Part shown: piece by piece, positions 28,601-37,357 of the stretch | Numbering within the stretch: position 1 is the stretch's first letter | Layout: every line of letters begins with the position of its first letter | NCBI GenBank assembly: GCA_902803805.1 | Contig: CADCRH010000041.1 | Span: 1 to 61,425 of the forward strand | Length of the DNA: 61,425 nucleotides | Direction of reading: 5' to 3' | From: an uncultured Ruminococcus sp. | Lineage (GTDB): Bacteria; Bacillota; Clostridia; Oscillospirales; Acutalibacteraceae | Made by a program: the position numbers and the translations under genes | Notes under the pieces: generated by a model | Seen by the model: the letters and a program-made list of their open reading frames with translations, nothing else | The model's database searches: none | Told to the model about the DNA's origin: nothing

Positions 28601-31600
28601 CGAAGAAGAAACAGCCGTAATCATTAATGATAAGCTTCAAAAGGATATTCAATGGACTCGTCAGCCCGACAGCAATGATTATATTGCTAAAAAGGAGCTT
28701 GTAGCAGGTCAGGAATACCGTATTCAGCTTTCTTCTCAGGATATTGGCGGTCAGCAGTCTGACGAATCGACCGTTAATGAAACAATTGTGATTGACAATA
28801 TAGCGCCATCCGATCAAAATATGTCTATCAGATACAGTAAAGCAACCACATTCTGGGAAAATATCCTCGGAACTGTATTCTATTGGGGCTATCAGGGAAG
28901 TGTCACTGTCACCTTTGAAGCAGCGGATGATCTTTCGGGTATCGATCATATTGATTGGACATATACAAGACAAGATAACAGCAAGGATGAAGACGCTTAT
29001 ATCAGTGACAGAAACGCTGAGAATATGAGTGGTACCGTAAAAATTTCCGAGGACGGAAAAACCGCATCCATTACTTTGAAAGACGATTACTACCGCGGCA
29101 GTTTTTCCTTTACCGCAACGGATATTGCAGGAAACAAAAGCAATCCTAAAAAGGACGACGGTACCGTTATTGTTGTCGATCAAATCGCACCGGAAAGTAC
29201 GGTTACCTTTGAAAATGTGGAACAAACCGCAGATGATATTCTTTACTACAAGAAAGACGCAGAGATAACAGTAAATGTTGAGGAAGTCAACTTCTATCCC
29301 GATGATATAACATTAAAATTACATCATCTTGAAAATTCTGATGAAGATACTGTTATTTCCGACCTGAAATGGAATCAAGAAACCGACAGCAATGACCATT
29401 TTGTAACATCATTCAAAGTAGAGAAAGACGGTAAATATCAGATCATAATGACTGCCAAAGATCATATTGATAATGTAAATGATCATATTACCGTAGAAAC
29501 CAAGGATACGGTCGGTAAAAAAACAGATACGATCACAGCAGAAGCAGAAACCGATCCGGAGTCGGGAGAAACATACTATACTTCTCCGATATTTGTGATC
29601 GATACCAAAGCGCCTGTTGTTACCGTGAAACATTCAACGAATAATATTAAAAATAAATATGACGACATTGAATATTTTGCGACTAAAAAAGAATTCACCA
29701 TCGAAATTGACGAGCATAATTTCAGACCCGATCTTGTTACGATCAAGGTCAATGCAACGGATGTATCCAGAAAAACAGTTAAGCTTTCGGACGATTTTAC
29801 ATCCGCTTTAAAGAATGATAAGCTGTGGGAGCATAACGGTGATATTCATACCGCCACCATCACTTTCTCTGATGATGCGAAATATCAATTTACTGTTGAC
29901 TGCAACGATCTTTCAAAGAATGAAGCACATACTTGCCAATCCAATGCATTTGTGATCGACAAAACAGCTCCGTCAACAAAGGGAATGACTGTTTCTTACA
30001 GTAAAGAGCTTAATTTCTGGGAGAAAATTGTAGATGGTATTACCTTTGGATATTATGCATATCAAAAAAGTGTTACCGTTACTTTGACTGCCAACGATAG
30101 TACTTCAGGCATTGACTATATCAAATGGACTTATACTAAAGAAAGCGGTGCAAGCTCCCAAAATTTGAAAAGCCAATCGAATACTATCAAAGTAACAAAC
30201 AGTAATCTTTCCTCTGACGGAAAAACCGCAACAGTGAAGTTTACACTGAACGACAATCAGTACCGAGGAAATATTTCCTTTACTGCCATTGATAAATCAG
30301 GCAACAGCAGCGAGGTAAAGTCCGATGATCATCATATCATTATTGTTGACAGTGTAGCTCCGATTCTTGATTATGTAGAACTCAGTGCGGCAAACCGTGT
30401 GGTAAATGCATCAACATTGAAAGATGTCACAGGCTATGATTACAAAACAAGAAAATTGGGTTACAAGCTGTATTACAGCGGTACTGCGACTGCAAAAATT
30501 TCCATTACCGAAGCAAACTTCTATTCCGAAGATGTAAAGGTAGAACTTGAAAGGACATATAACCAAAAAACTTCCAAAATCAATGCTTCCGTCAAGTGGA
30601 CAAACAACGGTAAAGACAATTATATCGGAACATTTTCCATATCGGATGAGGGCGAATATATTGCTAACATAAGCTATACAGATCGTTCTACCAATGAAAT
30701 GGTAAGCTATACTTCCAATGAGATCATCATTGATAAAACGAATCCGAAAATCAATGTTTCCTACTCACCAAATAATGTCATCAGAACGGTCAAAGAAAGA
30801 AAATATTATAATAAGGAACAAACAGCAACCGTAACCGTCAGCGAGCACAACTTCCGTGCAGACGATATTGAAGTAAAGGTAACGGGTGTTGATGTTGCGA
30901 ATAAGTCCGTCATTGATGAAACCTATTACACATCCTACTTTAAGAACAGAAGCAAATGGACAAAAAACGGAGATACCTATACTGCAACTATCACTTATTC
31001 AACCGATGCTAACTATACCTTTGATATTTCCTACAAAGATCTTGCCAATCGCAGTGCCGGAACATATCAGCAGGATAAGTTTACAGTTGATACAACCCCT
31101 CCGGAAAAATTGGAAATCAGCTACAGCCCAAGCGTGCTTGACAGAATTATTGAAACTATCACATTCAAATTCTATCAGGCTCCCGTAACCGTTACCGTAT
31201 CGGCTTATGATTCTACAACGCCTGTCAATGAATTTGATACAAGCGGCTTGAATCTAAATGATACAATTCGTCAGAGTCTTTCCGGTGCAAAAATCAGCCG
31301 AAGCGGTTATAAAAATACAGCAACCTTCCAAATTCCGCAAAGTGCTCTGACAGAAGCAACGCAGTTCAACGGAACAATAAGATTCACGGCATACGATACT
31401 TCCAACAACAAAACCGAACGTAGCGATAACAAACGAATTGTTGTTGATAACATTTCGCCAAGAGCAGAGATAAGCTATAATGCTCCCGTAAACACAGTCG
31501 GTTCTGTTTGGTATTACAGCGGAAATGTCAATGCATCGGTATCTATTACCGAAGCGAATTTCTACTCCGAAGATGTCAGAATTGAACTGGAAAGAACCCA

Positions 31601-34007
31601 TAACGGAAATACTGCCGTTGTGATTCCTTCCGTAAACTGGAAAAATGATGGAAACGATAGGCATACAGGAACGTTCTCCATATTGGATGAGGGCGAATAT
31701 ATTGTCAGGATCAACTATACCGACCGTTCATCCAATTCAATGGCAGGTTATACTTCCAATGAAATTGTAGTAGATCATACAGATCCGGTAATCAATGTTG
31801 CTTACTCGCCAAACAATCCATCCAATACTGTTAACGGATACAAGTATTACAATGAAGTACAGACAGCAACCATCACTATCACAGAGCATAACTTCCGTGC
31901 CAATGAAGTGATTGCAGAGGTAAAAGGTGTCGATGTTACAGGTAAATCTGTTGTTGATGGAAATAATTATCAATCACATCTGAACAACAGCAACAGTTGG
32001 ACGAAAAATGGAGATACCTATACGGCAAAGATAACCTATTCTGCCGATGCAAACTACACTTTCAGTATTTCCTATAAAGATCTTGCCAACCGCAGTGCTG
32101 CACCTTATTCCAATGACAAGTTTACAGTTGACAAAACACCACCAAAGGATTTGAAGATCAAATACAGTCAAAGTGTGATTGACAAAGTGATCGGAACCAT
32201 TACATTCGGATTCTATAAAGCACCTGTAGCGGTCACAATATCGGCATCCGATGATACCACACCAATCAGTAAATTTGATACAAGTGGTTTAAGCAAGATC
32301 GACTCCAAGGCAATCACCAAAGCACTTTCCGGTAACAACATACAAAGAAACAGTTATGAAAATACTGCAACTTTCCAGATTCCGCAGGAAGCTTTGACAG
32401 CAGCAACGCAATTTAACGGTACCATAAGCTTTACAGCATATGATACCTCAAACAACAAAACCGATCTTAACGATACAAAAAGAGTTGTAGTTGACAATAT
32501 CGCTCCGACTGTTGAAGTAAGCTATAATGAACCTGTCAAAACTGTTAACGGAACCGCCTATTACAGCGGTACGGTGAATGCAGCGGTATCGATTGCCGAA
32601 GCAAATTTCTATTCGGAAGATGTAAAGGTAGTACTTACAAGAAAGAATGACTCATCAACTAATCCTTCCGTCAATTGGACAGATGGTGTCGGAAATCAAC
32701 ATACAGGCACATTTTCTATTGCCGATGAGGGAGAGTATATCATAAACGTCAGCTATACTGACCGTTCCGGCAACGAAATGACCAATTATGAATCAAATAC
32801 GATCATTGTTGACAAGACCTCTCCGACGCTTACAGTAAGCAATATCAAACATCACAGTGCAACAAGCAGTGAAACATTCGGATTTACTGTTAAATCCACT
32901 GACGAGCATTTTGATAAAAATTCCTTTAAGGCAACCCTTACCGCTCTTGTAAGAAATAATTCGGGTGAAATGCAAACGAAAAATATTGACCTGAGCAAAT
33001 ACCTCAAAAAAGAAAGCGATACGTCTTATTCGTATGTCATTGACAATCTTACGGATAACGCTGTTTATACACTTTCCTGCTCCTCCAAAGACTTGGCGGG
33101 CAACAGTATCGACAAAATGAAGCTTTCTGATAATAAGACATATGACAAAACCGAATTTTCAATCAACCGAAACGGTTCAACTTTCTCTGTTAACAATAAT
33201 ACCGAAAAACTGATTGAGAATCGTATTGTATATAGTGTCAATGAGGATATTGTGATTCAGGAGGTCAACGTTACACCTATTGAGTCATACAGTATAAAGC
33301 TCAATGACAAAGAACTGAAAGAGGGTCAGGATTTCACAGCAGAGATCAAAAACAGTGATACGGAATGGTGCAGTGTTACATACACAATTGACAAATCACT
33401 GTTTGAAAATGAAGCTGACTATTCTATTAAAATTGATACTACCGACAAAGCCGGTTCGACTTCATATAATGATAAAAAGTCCTCAACGATCAACTTTACA
33501 GTTGATAAAAGCAAACCGACAATTACCGTTAGCGGTATTGAGGACGGAGGACGCTATCAGGTAGGCGAACAAAAGGTAACAGCCATTGTTAAGGATAACA
33601 GCGGCATTAAGAGTCTGAAAATTACAGTTCTTGATTCGTCAGGCAATCCGATATTGGATTCTTCCGGTAAAAATATCAGTGTCAGATTTGACCATTCCGG
33701 AGATGCTCTTAATGATTATTTGGATAGTAACGGCAGGGACATCAAAGTAGCCTTCACTGTTCCGGAAGGACTTGACAGCCAAGTAGTTATTGAGTGTTGT
33801 GACAACGCTGTAGGCACAGACGGAAAACCAAACCAAACCATCAAAACCATTACAGGAATTACCGTATCACAGAATAACTGGATTATTTTCTATGCAAACA
33901 AGCCGTTGTTCTATGGCTGTCTTATCGGCGGACTGGCAATTTTGATTGCACTTGCCTTTACCATTGCCATTATTGTAAGAAAGAAAAGAGCAAAGAGCGA
34001 ATCATAG
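25611..34007 (+). CDS. Giant (2798 aa) cell-surface Ig-like repeat protein, N-terminal signal/anchor and C-terminal TM tail, no LPXTG
   Basis: RBS GAAGGAGGAG. N-terminal hydrophobic LISLLLALLIFFASITIVL. A CarboxypepD_reg-like segment (GVITGADGKPVSGAKIKV..). More than 15 domain boundaries of the form VVDxxAP. C-terminal LIGGLAILIALAFTIAIIVRKKRAK. Confidence 0.9.
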   Translation: MIRLKLNLSDRLISLLLALLIFFASITIVLTVNSDTSALEDENSTPSYSLEIHYKDSKGESHLAGEGAVVTYRITRYPKDGNVLAANRTAKTDENGKVQLGIRTDIEEEPDTVYIMVKSVSYYGYTFNRSDEYFELNKGIPLAIQLTSQSQVNLLGVITGADGKPVSGAKIKVSHSTAPAGSKTVAASDDGTFKTPVYINQNYDLTIAANGYQTKTVSGIFASKDESADKIYQLSEPIRLEEKLTDENIGFQISEETVEYIDKDNHSFFNNELLKSADNDGKVTYTVTLNGAKTSAVYEDNTLDFSDFGPGKYIVTANIKGASKYFDAKTSFTLNVVDTNFKFNSEVVTAEMTDGEIEIQEIFGNYDKNLITYTLSDKKGTIAELNQDTKIISFKKYGSVTVTAYYNEEKFKENSKLYQSIAASYELQIVHQPTKIAFKKSNVQVRYGADDNQYTQSVKTNDDNLTAKEKKEILSKIRYSVSEQTDSSGNPVTDRNIVEVDRETGLVKINEAGKVTISAAIEDSDNFSADTVDYELNILKANQDTDQHENIYFENTKEKAQDTVTFSSETSTLTYTNHLIDNSGIDGTVTYEITAGSDLASINSKTGTLTINKAGTITVRAIKTAKESNNYTNSIRTYRLIVEKGIPDFQYELSEENIYYGKNVIATQKPTLSTKMKKDEKPEITYTVANLSNSPVHHINSSNGNVQLNNKEPIGSFEVTATLAETDKYASISISYIINISYAKEEEYTVTETQYDQWYNTANGVTFTANDGYSISANNSFAENNWKKTEYKYTTANKNQDVVFYLRNNETKAISEITASNINIDYTVPTELEINYSETSKSFLQEIGDRIFFGLFGSSENEIKVTVKAHDNIAEIIEFRYYYQADESANGIYGSTSGGDTITEKDIKNIGDGYYEAEFTIPAEFKGKIGFTAKNAAGLESEKEFDKTIIVDKTAPKTEITFNAEPSNENKSNGAKYFNNDSVEVQFKVTEPNFSHSEEETAVIINDKLQKDIQWTRQPDSNDYIAKKELVAGQEYRIQLSSQDIGGQQSDESTVNETIVIDNIAPSDQNMSIRYSKATTFWENILGTVFYWGYQGSVTVTFEAADDLSGIDHIDWTYTRQDNSKDEDAYISDRNAENMSGTVKISEDGKTASITLKDDYYRGSFSFTATDIAGNKSNPKKDDGTVIVVDQIAPESTVTFENVEQTADDILYYKKDAEITVNVEEVNFYPDDITLKLHHLENSDEDTVISDLKWNQETDSNDHFVTSFKVEKDGKYQIIMTAKDHIDNVNDHITVETKDTVGKKTDTITAEAETDPESGETYYTSPIFVIDTKAPVVTVKHSTNNIKNKYDDIEYFATKKEFTIEIDEHNFRPDLVTIKVNATDVSRKTVKLSDDFTSALKNDKLWEHNGDIHTATITFSDDAKYQFTVDCNDLSKNEAHTCQSNAFVIDKTAPSTKGMTVSYSKELNFWEKIVDGITFGYYAYQKSVTVTLTANDSTSGIDYIKWTYTKESGASSQNLKSQSNTIKVTNSNLSSDGKTATVKFTLNDNQYRGNISFTAIDKSGNSSEVKSDDHHIIIVDSVAPILDYVELSAANRVVNASTLKDVTGYDYKTRKLGYKLYYSGTATAKISITEANFYSEDVKVELERTYNQKTSKINASVKWTNNGKDNYIGTFSISDEGEYIANISYTDRSTNEMVSYTSNEIIIDKTNPKINVSYSPNNVIRTVKERKYYNKEQTATVTVSEHNFRADDIEVKVTGVDVANKSVIDETYYTSYFKNRSKWTKNGDTYTATITYSTDANYTFDISYKDLANRSAGTYQQDKFTVDTTPPEKLEISYSPSVLDRIIETITFKFYQAPVTVTVSAYDSTTPVNEFDTSGLNLNDTIRQSLSGAKISRSGYKNTATFQIPQSALTEATQFNGTIRFTAYDTSNNKTERSDNKRIVVDNISPRAEISYNAPVNTVGSVWYYSGNVNASVSITEANFYSEDVRIELERTHNGNTAVVIPSVNWKNDGNDRHTGTFSILDEGEYIVRINYTDRSSNSMAGYTSNEIVVDHTDPVINVAYSPNNPSNTVNGYKYYNEVQTATITITEHNFRANEVIAEVKGVDVTGKSVVDGNNYQSHLNNSNSWTKNGDTYTAKITYSADANYTFSISYKDLANRSAAPYSNDKFTVDKTPPKDLKIKYSQSVIDKVIGTITFGFYKAPVAVTISASDDTTPISKFDTSGLSKIDSKAITKALSGNNIQRNSYENTATFQIPQEALTAATQFNGTISFTAYDTSNNKTDLNDTKRVVVDNIAPTVEVSYNEPVKTVNGTAYYSGTVNAAVSIAEANFYSEDVKVVLTRKNDSSTNPSVNWTDGVGNQHTGTFSIADEGEYIINVSYTDRSGNEMTNYESNTIIVDKTSPTLTVSNIKHHSATSSETFGFTVKSTDEHFDKNSFKATLTALVRNNSGEMQTKNIDLSKYLKKESDTSYSYVIDNLTDNAVYTLSCSSKDLAGNSIDKMKLSDNKTYDKTEFSINRNGSTFSVNNNTEKLIENRIVYSVNEDIVIQEVNVTPIESYSIKLNDKELKEGQDFTAEIKNSDTEWCSVTYTIDKSLFENEADYSIKIDTTDKAGSTSYNDKKSSTINFTVDKSKPTITVSGIEDGGRYQVGEQKVTAIVKDNSGIKSLKITVLDSSGNPILDSSGKNISVRFDHSGDALNDYLDSNGRDIKVAFTVPEGLDSQVVIECCDNAVGTDGKPNQTIKTITGITVSQNNWIIFYANKPLFYGCLIGGLAILIALAFTIAIIVRKKRAKSES
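30345..31442 (+). repeat. Tandem coding repeat unit 1 (about 1.1 kb, three Ig-like modules)
   Basis: Runs from VDSVAP to the next VDNISP boundary. It aligns by eye over its whole length with unit 2 (for example ITEANFYSEDV, YTDRS.N.M..YTSNEI, SEHNFRA, WTKNGDTYTA.ITYS.DANYTF.ISYKDLANRSA). Confidence 0.9.
31443..32489 (+). repeat. Tandem coding repeat unit 2
   Basis: Second copy of the same three-module unit (VDNISP to VDNIAP). Confidence 0.9.
32490..32807 (+). repeat. Tandem coding repeat, partial unit 3
   Basis: First module only (VDNIAPTVEVSYNEP..AEANFYSEDVKV..YTDRSGNEM..VDKTSP). Confidence 0.85.
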
Positions 34008-34044
34008 AATCACAAAAAACATTCTGTTATATACACAACAAAAA

Positions 34045-34075
34045 ATCAGCTCCTTTTTCGGGAGCTGATTTTTTG
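34045..34075. terminator. Bidirectional terminator between the giant gene and the convergent S1 gene
   Basis: AAAAAATCAGCTCC-TTTTTC-GGGAGCTGATTTTTT. Confidence 0.85.
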
Positions 34076-34095
34076 TGTTTATCAGTCAATATCTG

Positions 34096-35064
34096 TTATC
34101 TTGCTATCGCACGCAGGGGCATTTCTTCAATGTCACCGCATAAATCGAAATGAGTTTCAATGATTTTTTCCGATGTCGGCGGAGAATAGTAGAAGCTGTT
34201 CATATGTGAACCGTCAAAGAAATATTCCGGCTGCTGTGGACGGTATTCATAGTCAAAGGTATCTATAATGATCAGTTTGATTTTCATTCTGTTGGGAATG
34301 ATATTTTTGATATATACACTTGCCTGTTGTCCTGCACGGATATTGTCCTTCATCTCAGCAAGACCTGCCAGATTGGGTGCAAGCTCTACAAACGCACCAT
34401 ATTCCTCAACGGAGCGAATAATGCCAGCAACGGTTTCTCCGACTTCAAAGCGGCAGGCATTTTCTTCCCACGTTCCGAGAAGTTCTTTATGAGTCAGGCT
34501 GATTCTGCCGTTTTCTATTGTTTTGACAATGGCTTTTATCTCCATTCCTACAGAGAAACGTTCACGGGGATGGTCTATTCTTGATACCGATATTGAATCG
34601 ATCGGTAAAAGCGAAACAATACCGCAGCCTATATCTGCGAATGCGCCGAACGAGTCCAGATGTGTCACTCTTGCGTCAATGACATCTCCGGGTAAAAGTC
34701 CCGAAATATATTCACGCATACATCTTTCCTGCGCAAGCCGTCTTGAAAGCATTGCGACGGTTCGTCCCGATTCATTTTTTCTGAATTCGGTGATAACGAA
34801 GCATACAGGTCGGTTCACTCTGGAGATGACCGCAATATCTCTTACAGTGCCTTCCCGTATTCCTATGGCGCCCTCCTCGCGTGGAATGATTCCTTTTATG
34901 CATCCAAGGTCAACAATCAGATTGTGACCCGAATCGCAAACAATTGCTCTGGCTTCGAGTATTTTTCCGTCGTGATATGCTTCCGTCAGTTGTGACAGCG
35001 ACTGCATTGCGGAAAGATTCTCCACCGTGTTGATAAGTCTGCCTTCAGGATAATATCCTGTCAT
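34096..35064 (-). CDS. S1 RNA-binding domain protein (multiple S1 repeats)
   Basis: Repeated S1-like units (GDVIDARVTHLDSFGAFADIG, GETVAGIIRSVEEYGAFVELAP). I prefer the ATG (MTGYYPEG) over the TTG at 35094. Confidence 0.8.
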   Translation of the reverse strand: MTGYYPEGRLINTVENLSAMQSLSQLTEAYHDGKILEARAIVCDSGHNLIVDLGCIKGIIPREEGAIGIREGTVRDIAVISRVNRPVCFVITEFRKNESGRTVAMLSRRLAQERCMREYISGLLPGDVIDARVTHLDSFGAFADIGCGIVSLLPIDSISVSRIDHPRERFSVGMEIKAIVKTIENGRISLTHKELLGTWEENACRFEVGETVAGIIRSVEEYGAFVELAPNLAGLAEMKDNIRAGQQASVYIKNIIPNRMKIKLIIIDTFDYEYRPQQPEYFFDGSHMNSFYYSPPTSEKIIETHFDLCGDIEEMPLRAIAR

Positions 35065-35237
35065 TTTGCTTTCATTCCTTTCTTGGTGAGGCAAAGCCTC
35101 CTGTGCTTTTCACAACATTTATATGAACCCCAATAATGCTTTATGACGTATATATGTTATTTTCGGTATCATACTTGCATTTATCCGATTTATATTATAA
35201 AATAATATGTAACTGTTGAACAAGGGGAGATCAATGT

Positions 35238-35615
35238 ATGAACGAAAATAATCAAAATATACGTTTTCTTTCAGCGATTTCATATATTGCTGTATTTTTT
35301 GTAATCGGACACTTTGCCGTTGAACGAAACAACCCCGATTTGCGTTTTCACAAATATCAGGGCGGCGTTCTCTTTTGTATTTTTGCCTTGCTGTATATGA
35401 TGAATGCCTTATTATCCTTTCTTCTTTCCTTTATTCCTCCGCTTCAGATAATATTATGCTTTCTCATATACCTTGCTTTGACGGTTGCCTATCTTTTTTT
35501 GGTTGTTCTCGGTATTAGGTCAGCACTGAAATTTCAGCAAACAATTCTTCCGTTTGTCGGAAATATTGCTGTCTCCCTCAGAACAAAGGTTGATGAATCT
35601 ATCAGCCGCAGGTAA
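35238..35615 (+). CDS. Small integral membrane protein
   Basis: 125 aa with three hydrophobic helices. RBS GGGGAG upstream. Confidence 0.6.
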   Translation: MNENNQNIRFLSAISYIAVFFVIGHFAVERNNPDLRFHKYQGGVLFCIFALLYMMNALLSFLLSFIPPLQIILCFLIYLALTVAYLFLVVLGIRSALKFQQTILPFVGNIAVSLRTKVDESISRR

Positions 35616-35710
35616 CCGTTTGTTTTCTGTAATAAAAATGATAACATTAAAAAAATGCGAAAATTGCCGTTATAAAGGGCGTAAAAAATTAAAATACGGA
35701 GTGAAAAACA

Positions 35711-36043
35711 ATGAATAATGATATAATACGTGTAGATTCATACGATTTTGATGAAAGAACAGAAAGCGGAATCGTTCTTGTCGAATTTTATGCGGAATGG
35801 TGTGTACACAGCAGAGGACTGGAGCCGATTCTTGAAGAGATCGCGGATGAATATTATGACAGTATTCGTGTGCTTGCGCTTGACGTTGAGCAGTCGCCTG
35901 ACGTTGCCGCACGTTTTCATATAGACACCACGCCAACGGTTATCATATTTAAAAACGGCAAAATTGCCGAACGAATCGGTGGAGCAAATCCGCCAAGTAC
36001 CTATGCAGACTCGATTGAAAATCTGTTAATTAATGAAGATTAA
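35711..36043 (+). CDS. Thioredoxin-fold protein with a monothiol WCVHS active site
   Basis: LVEFYAEWCVHSRGLEPILEEIADEY..TPTVIIFKNGK has a thioredoxin layout, but CGPC is replaced by CVHS. Confidence 0.8.
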   Translation: MNNDIIRVDSYDFDERTESGIVLVEFYAEWCVHSRGLEPILEEIADEYYDSIRVLALDVEQSPDVAARFHIDTTPTVIIFKNGKIAERIGGANPPSTYADSIENLLINED

Positions 36044-36097
36044 ATTAAAAATCACCATTGTCAAAGTATTTTTGATAATGGTGATTTTTATAAGCAA

Positions 36098-37357
36098 TTA
36101 TTTCATAATGCCTGTTGTATATTTCCAAGCAAGAATACGCATTACTGCGGTATTAATAACATTTTCGTCAATTGTTCCGTCATTGACAGCCGCTTTGATT
36201 TCGTTGAAAGACGATTCTATATCATCAATCAAAATCATATCATTTCCGGCAAGGACAGCGGCGACAGCAGGGGAGTAGCTGCCTGTATATTCTGATATTG
36301 CGTCCATAGCCAAGTCATCTGTTATAATAATTCCCGTAAAATGAAGCTGGTTTCTTAAAATTTCGTGTACTTTCGGAGAGATGGAAGCAGGCATTTTGTC
36401 ATCCATACAATTGACGATATTGTGGCTTACAAGAACGAGATGTGCCCCCGACTCAATTCCTGCCTCGAATGGTTTAAAATCGTTTTGCTCAAAGTTTTCA
36501 TAGCTTCTGTCATCAATGGCGATCCCGGTGTGAGTATCAACATTATTTCCGTAGCCGGGAAAATGTTTCAGCGTGACCGACACACCATTTTTTTGACTTG
36601 TTTCTGTCACTGTCTTAACAAAGTCGCTGGTTTTGTCTGCATCCAGTCCTATGGAACGGTCATACATAAAATCATTTTCGTCTAATGAAATGTCACATAC
36701 AGGGGCAAGATTGGTGTCAATATAAAGCTCTTTTAAAAGTTTTGCTTTTTCTTCTGCGTCGGACTGTATCCGTTCCAATCCACCCTCCGCATAGAGCTCT
36801 CTGGCGGATTGGAATTCGTGGCTGCTTAATGATTCCTTTGCGCTGATTCGTGTCACGGTGCCGCCTTCCTCATCAACGGAAAGCGTCATCGGAATGGCCT
36901 GTGACGTAATGTAGGACTGCAATGTTTCTTTTACTTCATCCTTTGTTTTGTCCTCAAAATCCTTACCAAAGAGAACATAACCGCCCAAATGATATTTTTT
37001 GGCGATTTCTGCTGCATCACCGTCAGGACATCTTGCATAAAACATCTGACCTATTTTTTCATCCAATGTCATCTGCATTGTACGTTCATAGGCTTTTTCA
37101 TAGTTTGCCGAAAATATACCGTTATCATTGATAAGCTGATTTTTCGTTTCTTTGGAAGAAATCAGTGAACTGTCTGAGCTTTGTTCGGACGCTTCACCGT
37201 TACCGGACAAAGCTGTATTGGAAGCCGATACAGAACTTTCGTTTTCGGATTTTTGTTTTTTTGCATTGCCGCTGTTATGGCAGGCGGTGATCGAAAACAG
37301 CATAGAAGCGGTCAAAGTAAAGGTTATTAAGTGTGATAATAGATTGTTTGTTTTCAT
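36098..37357 (-). CDS. Glycoside hydrolase family 3 (NagZ-like beta-N-acetylhexosaminidase) lipoprotein
   Basis: Lipobox SITAC after a signal peptide. GH3 N-terminal domain motifs, including KHFPGYG. Confidence 0.85.
   Translation of the reverse strand: MKTNNLLSHLITFTLTASMLFSITACHNSGNAKKQKSENESSVSASNTALSGNGEASEQSSDSSLISSKETKNQLINDNGIFSANYEKAYERTMQMTLDEKIGQMFYARCPDGDAAEIAKKYHLGGYVLFGKDFEDKTKDEVKETLQSYITSQAIPMTLSVDEEGGTVTRISAKESLSSHEFQSARELYAEGGLERIQSDAEEKAKLLKELYIDTNLAPVCDISLDENDFMYDRSIGLDADKTSDFVKTVTETSQKNGVSVTLKHFPGYGNNVDTHTGIAIDDRSYENFEQNDFKPFEAGIESGAHLVLVSHNIVNCMDDKMPASISPKVHEILRNQLHFTGIIITDDLAMDAISEYTGSYSPAVAAVLAGNDMILIDDIESSFNEIKAAVNDGTIDENVINTAVMRILAWKYTTGIMK

Noticed and set aside
28509-29225. 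238-aa minus-strand ORF, and many 60-140-aa ORFs on both strands, within the giant gene
   Set aside because: All are embedded in a continuous 8.4-kb reading frame with clear Ig-module periodicity. None has independent signals.
30345-32807. Could the ~1.1-kb tandem repeats be a CRISPR array or a mobile-element remnant?
   Set aside because: The units are about 1.05-1.1 kb, in frame and protein-coding, and they have no short repeat/spacer alternation. They are intragenic domain duplications.
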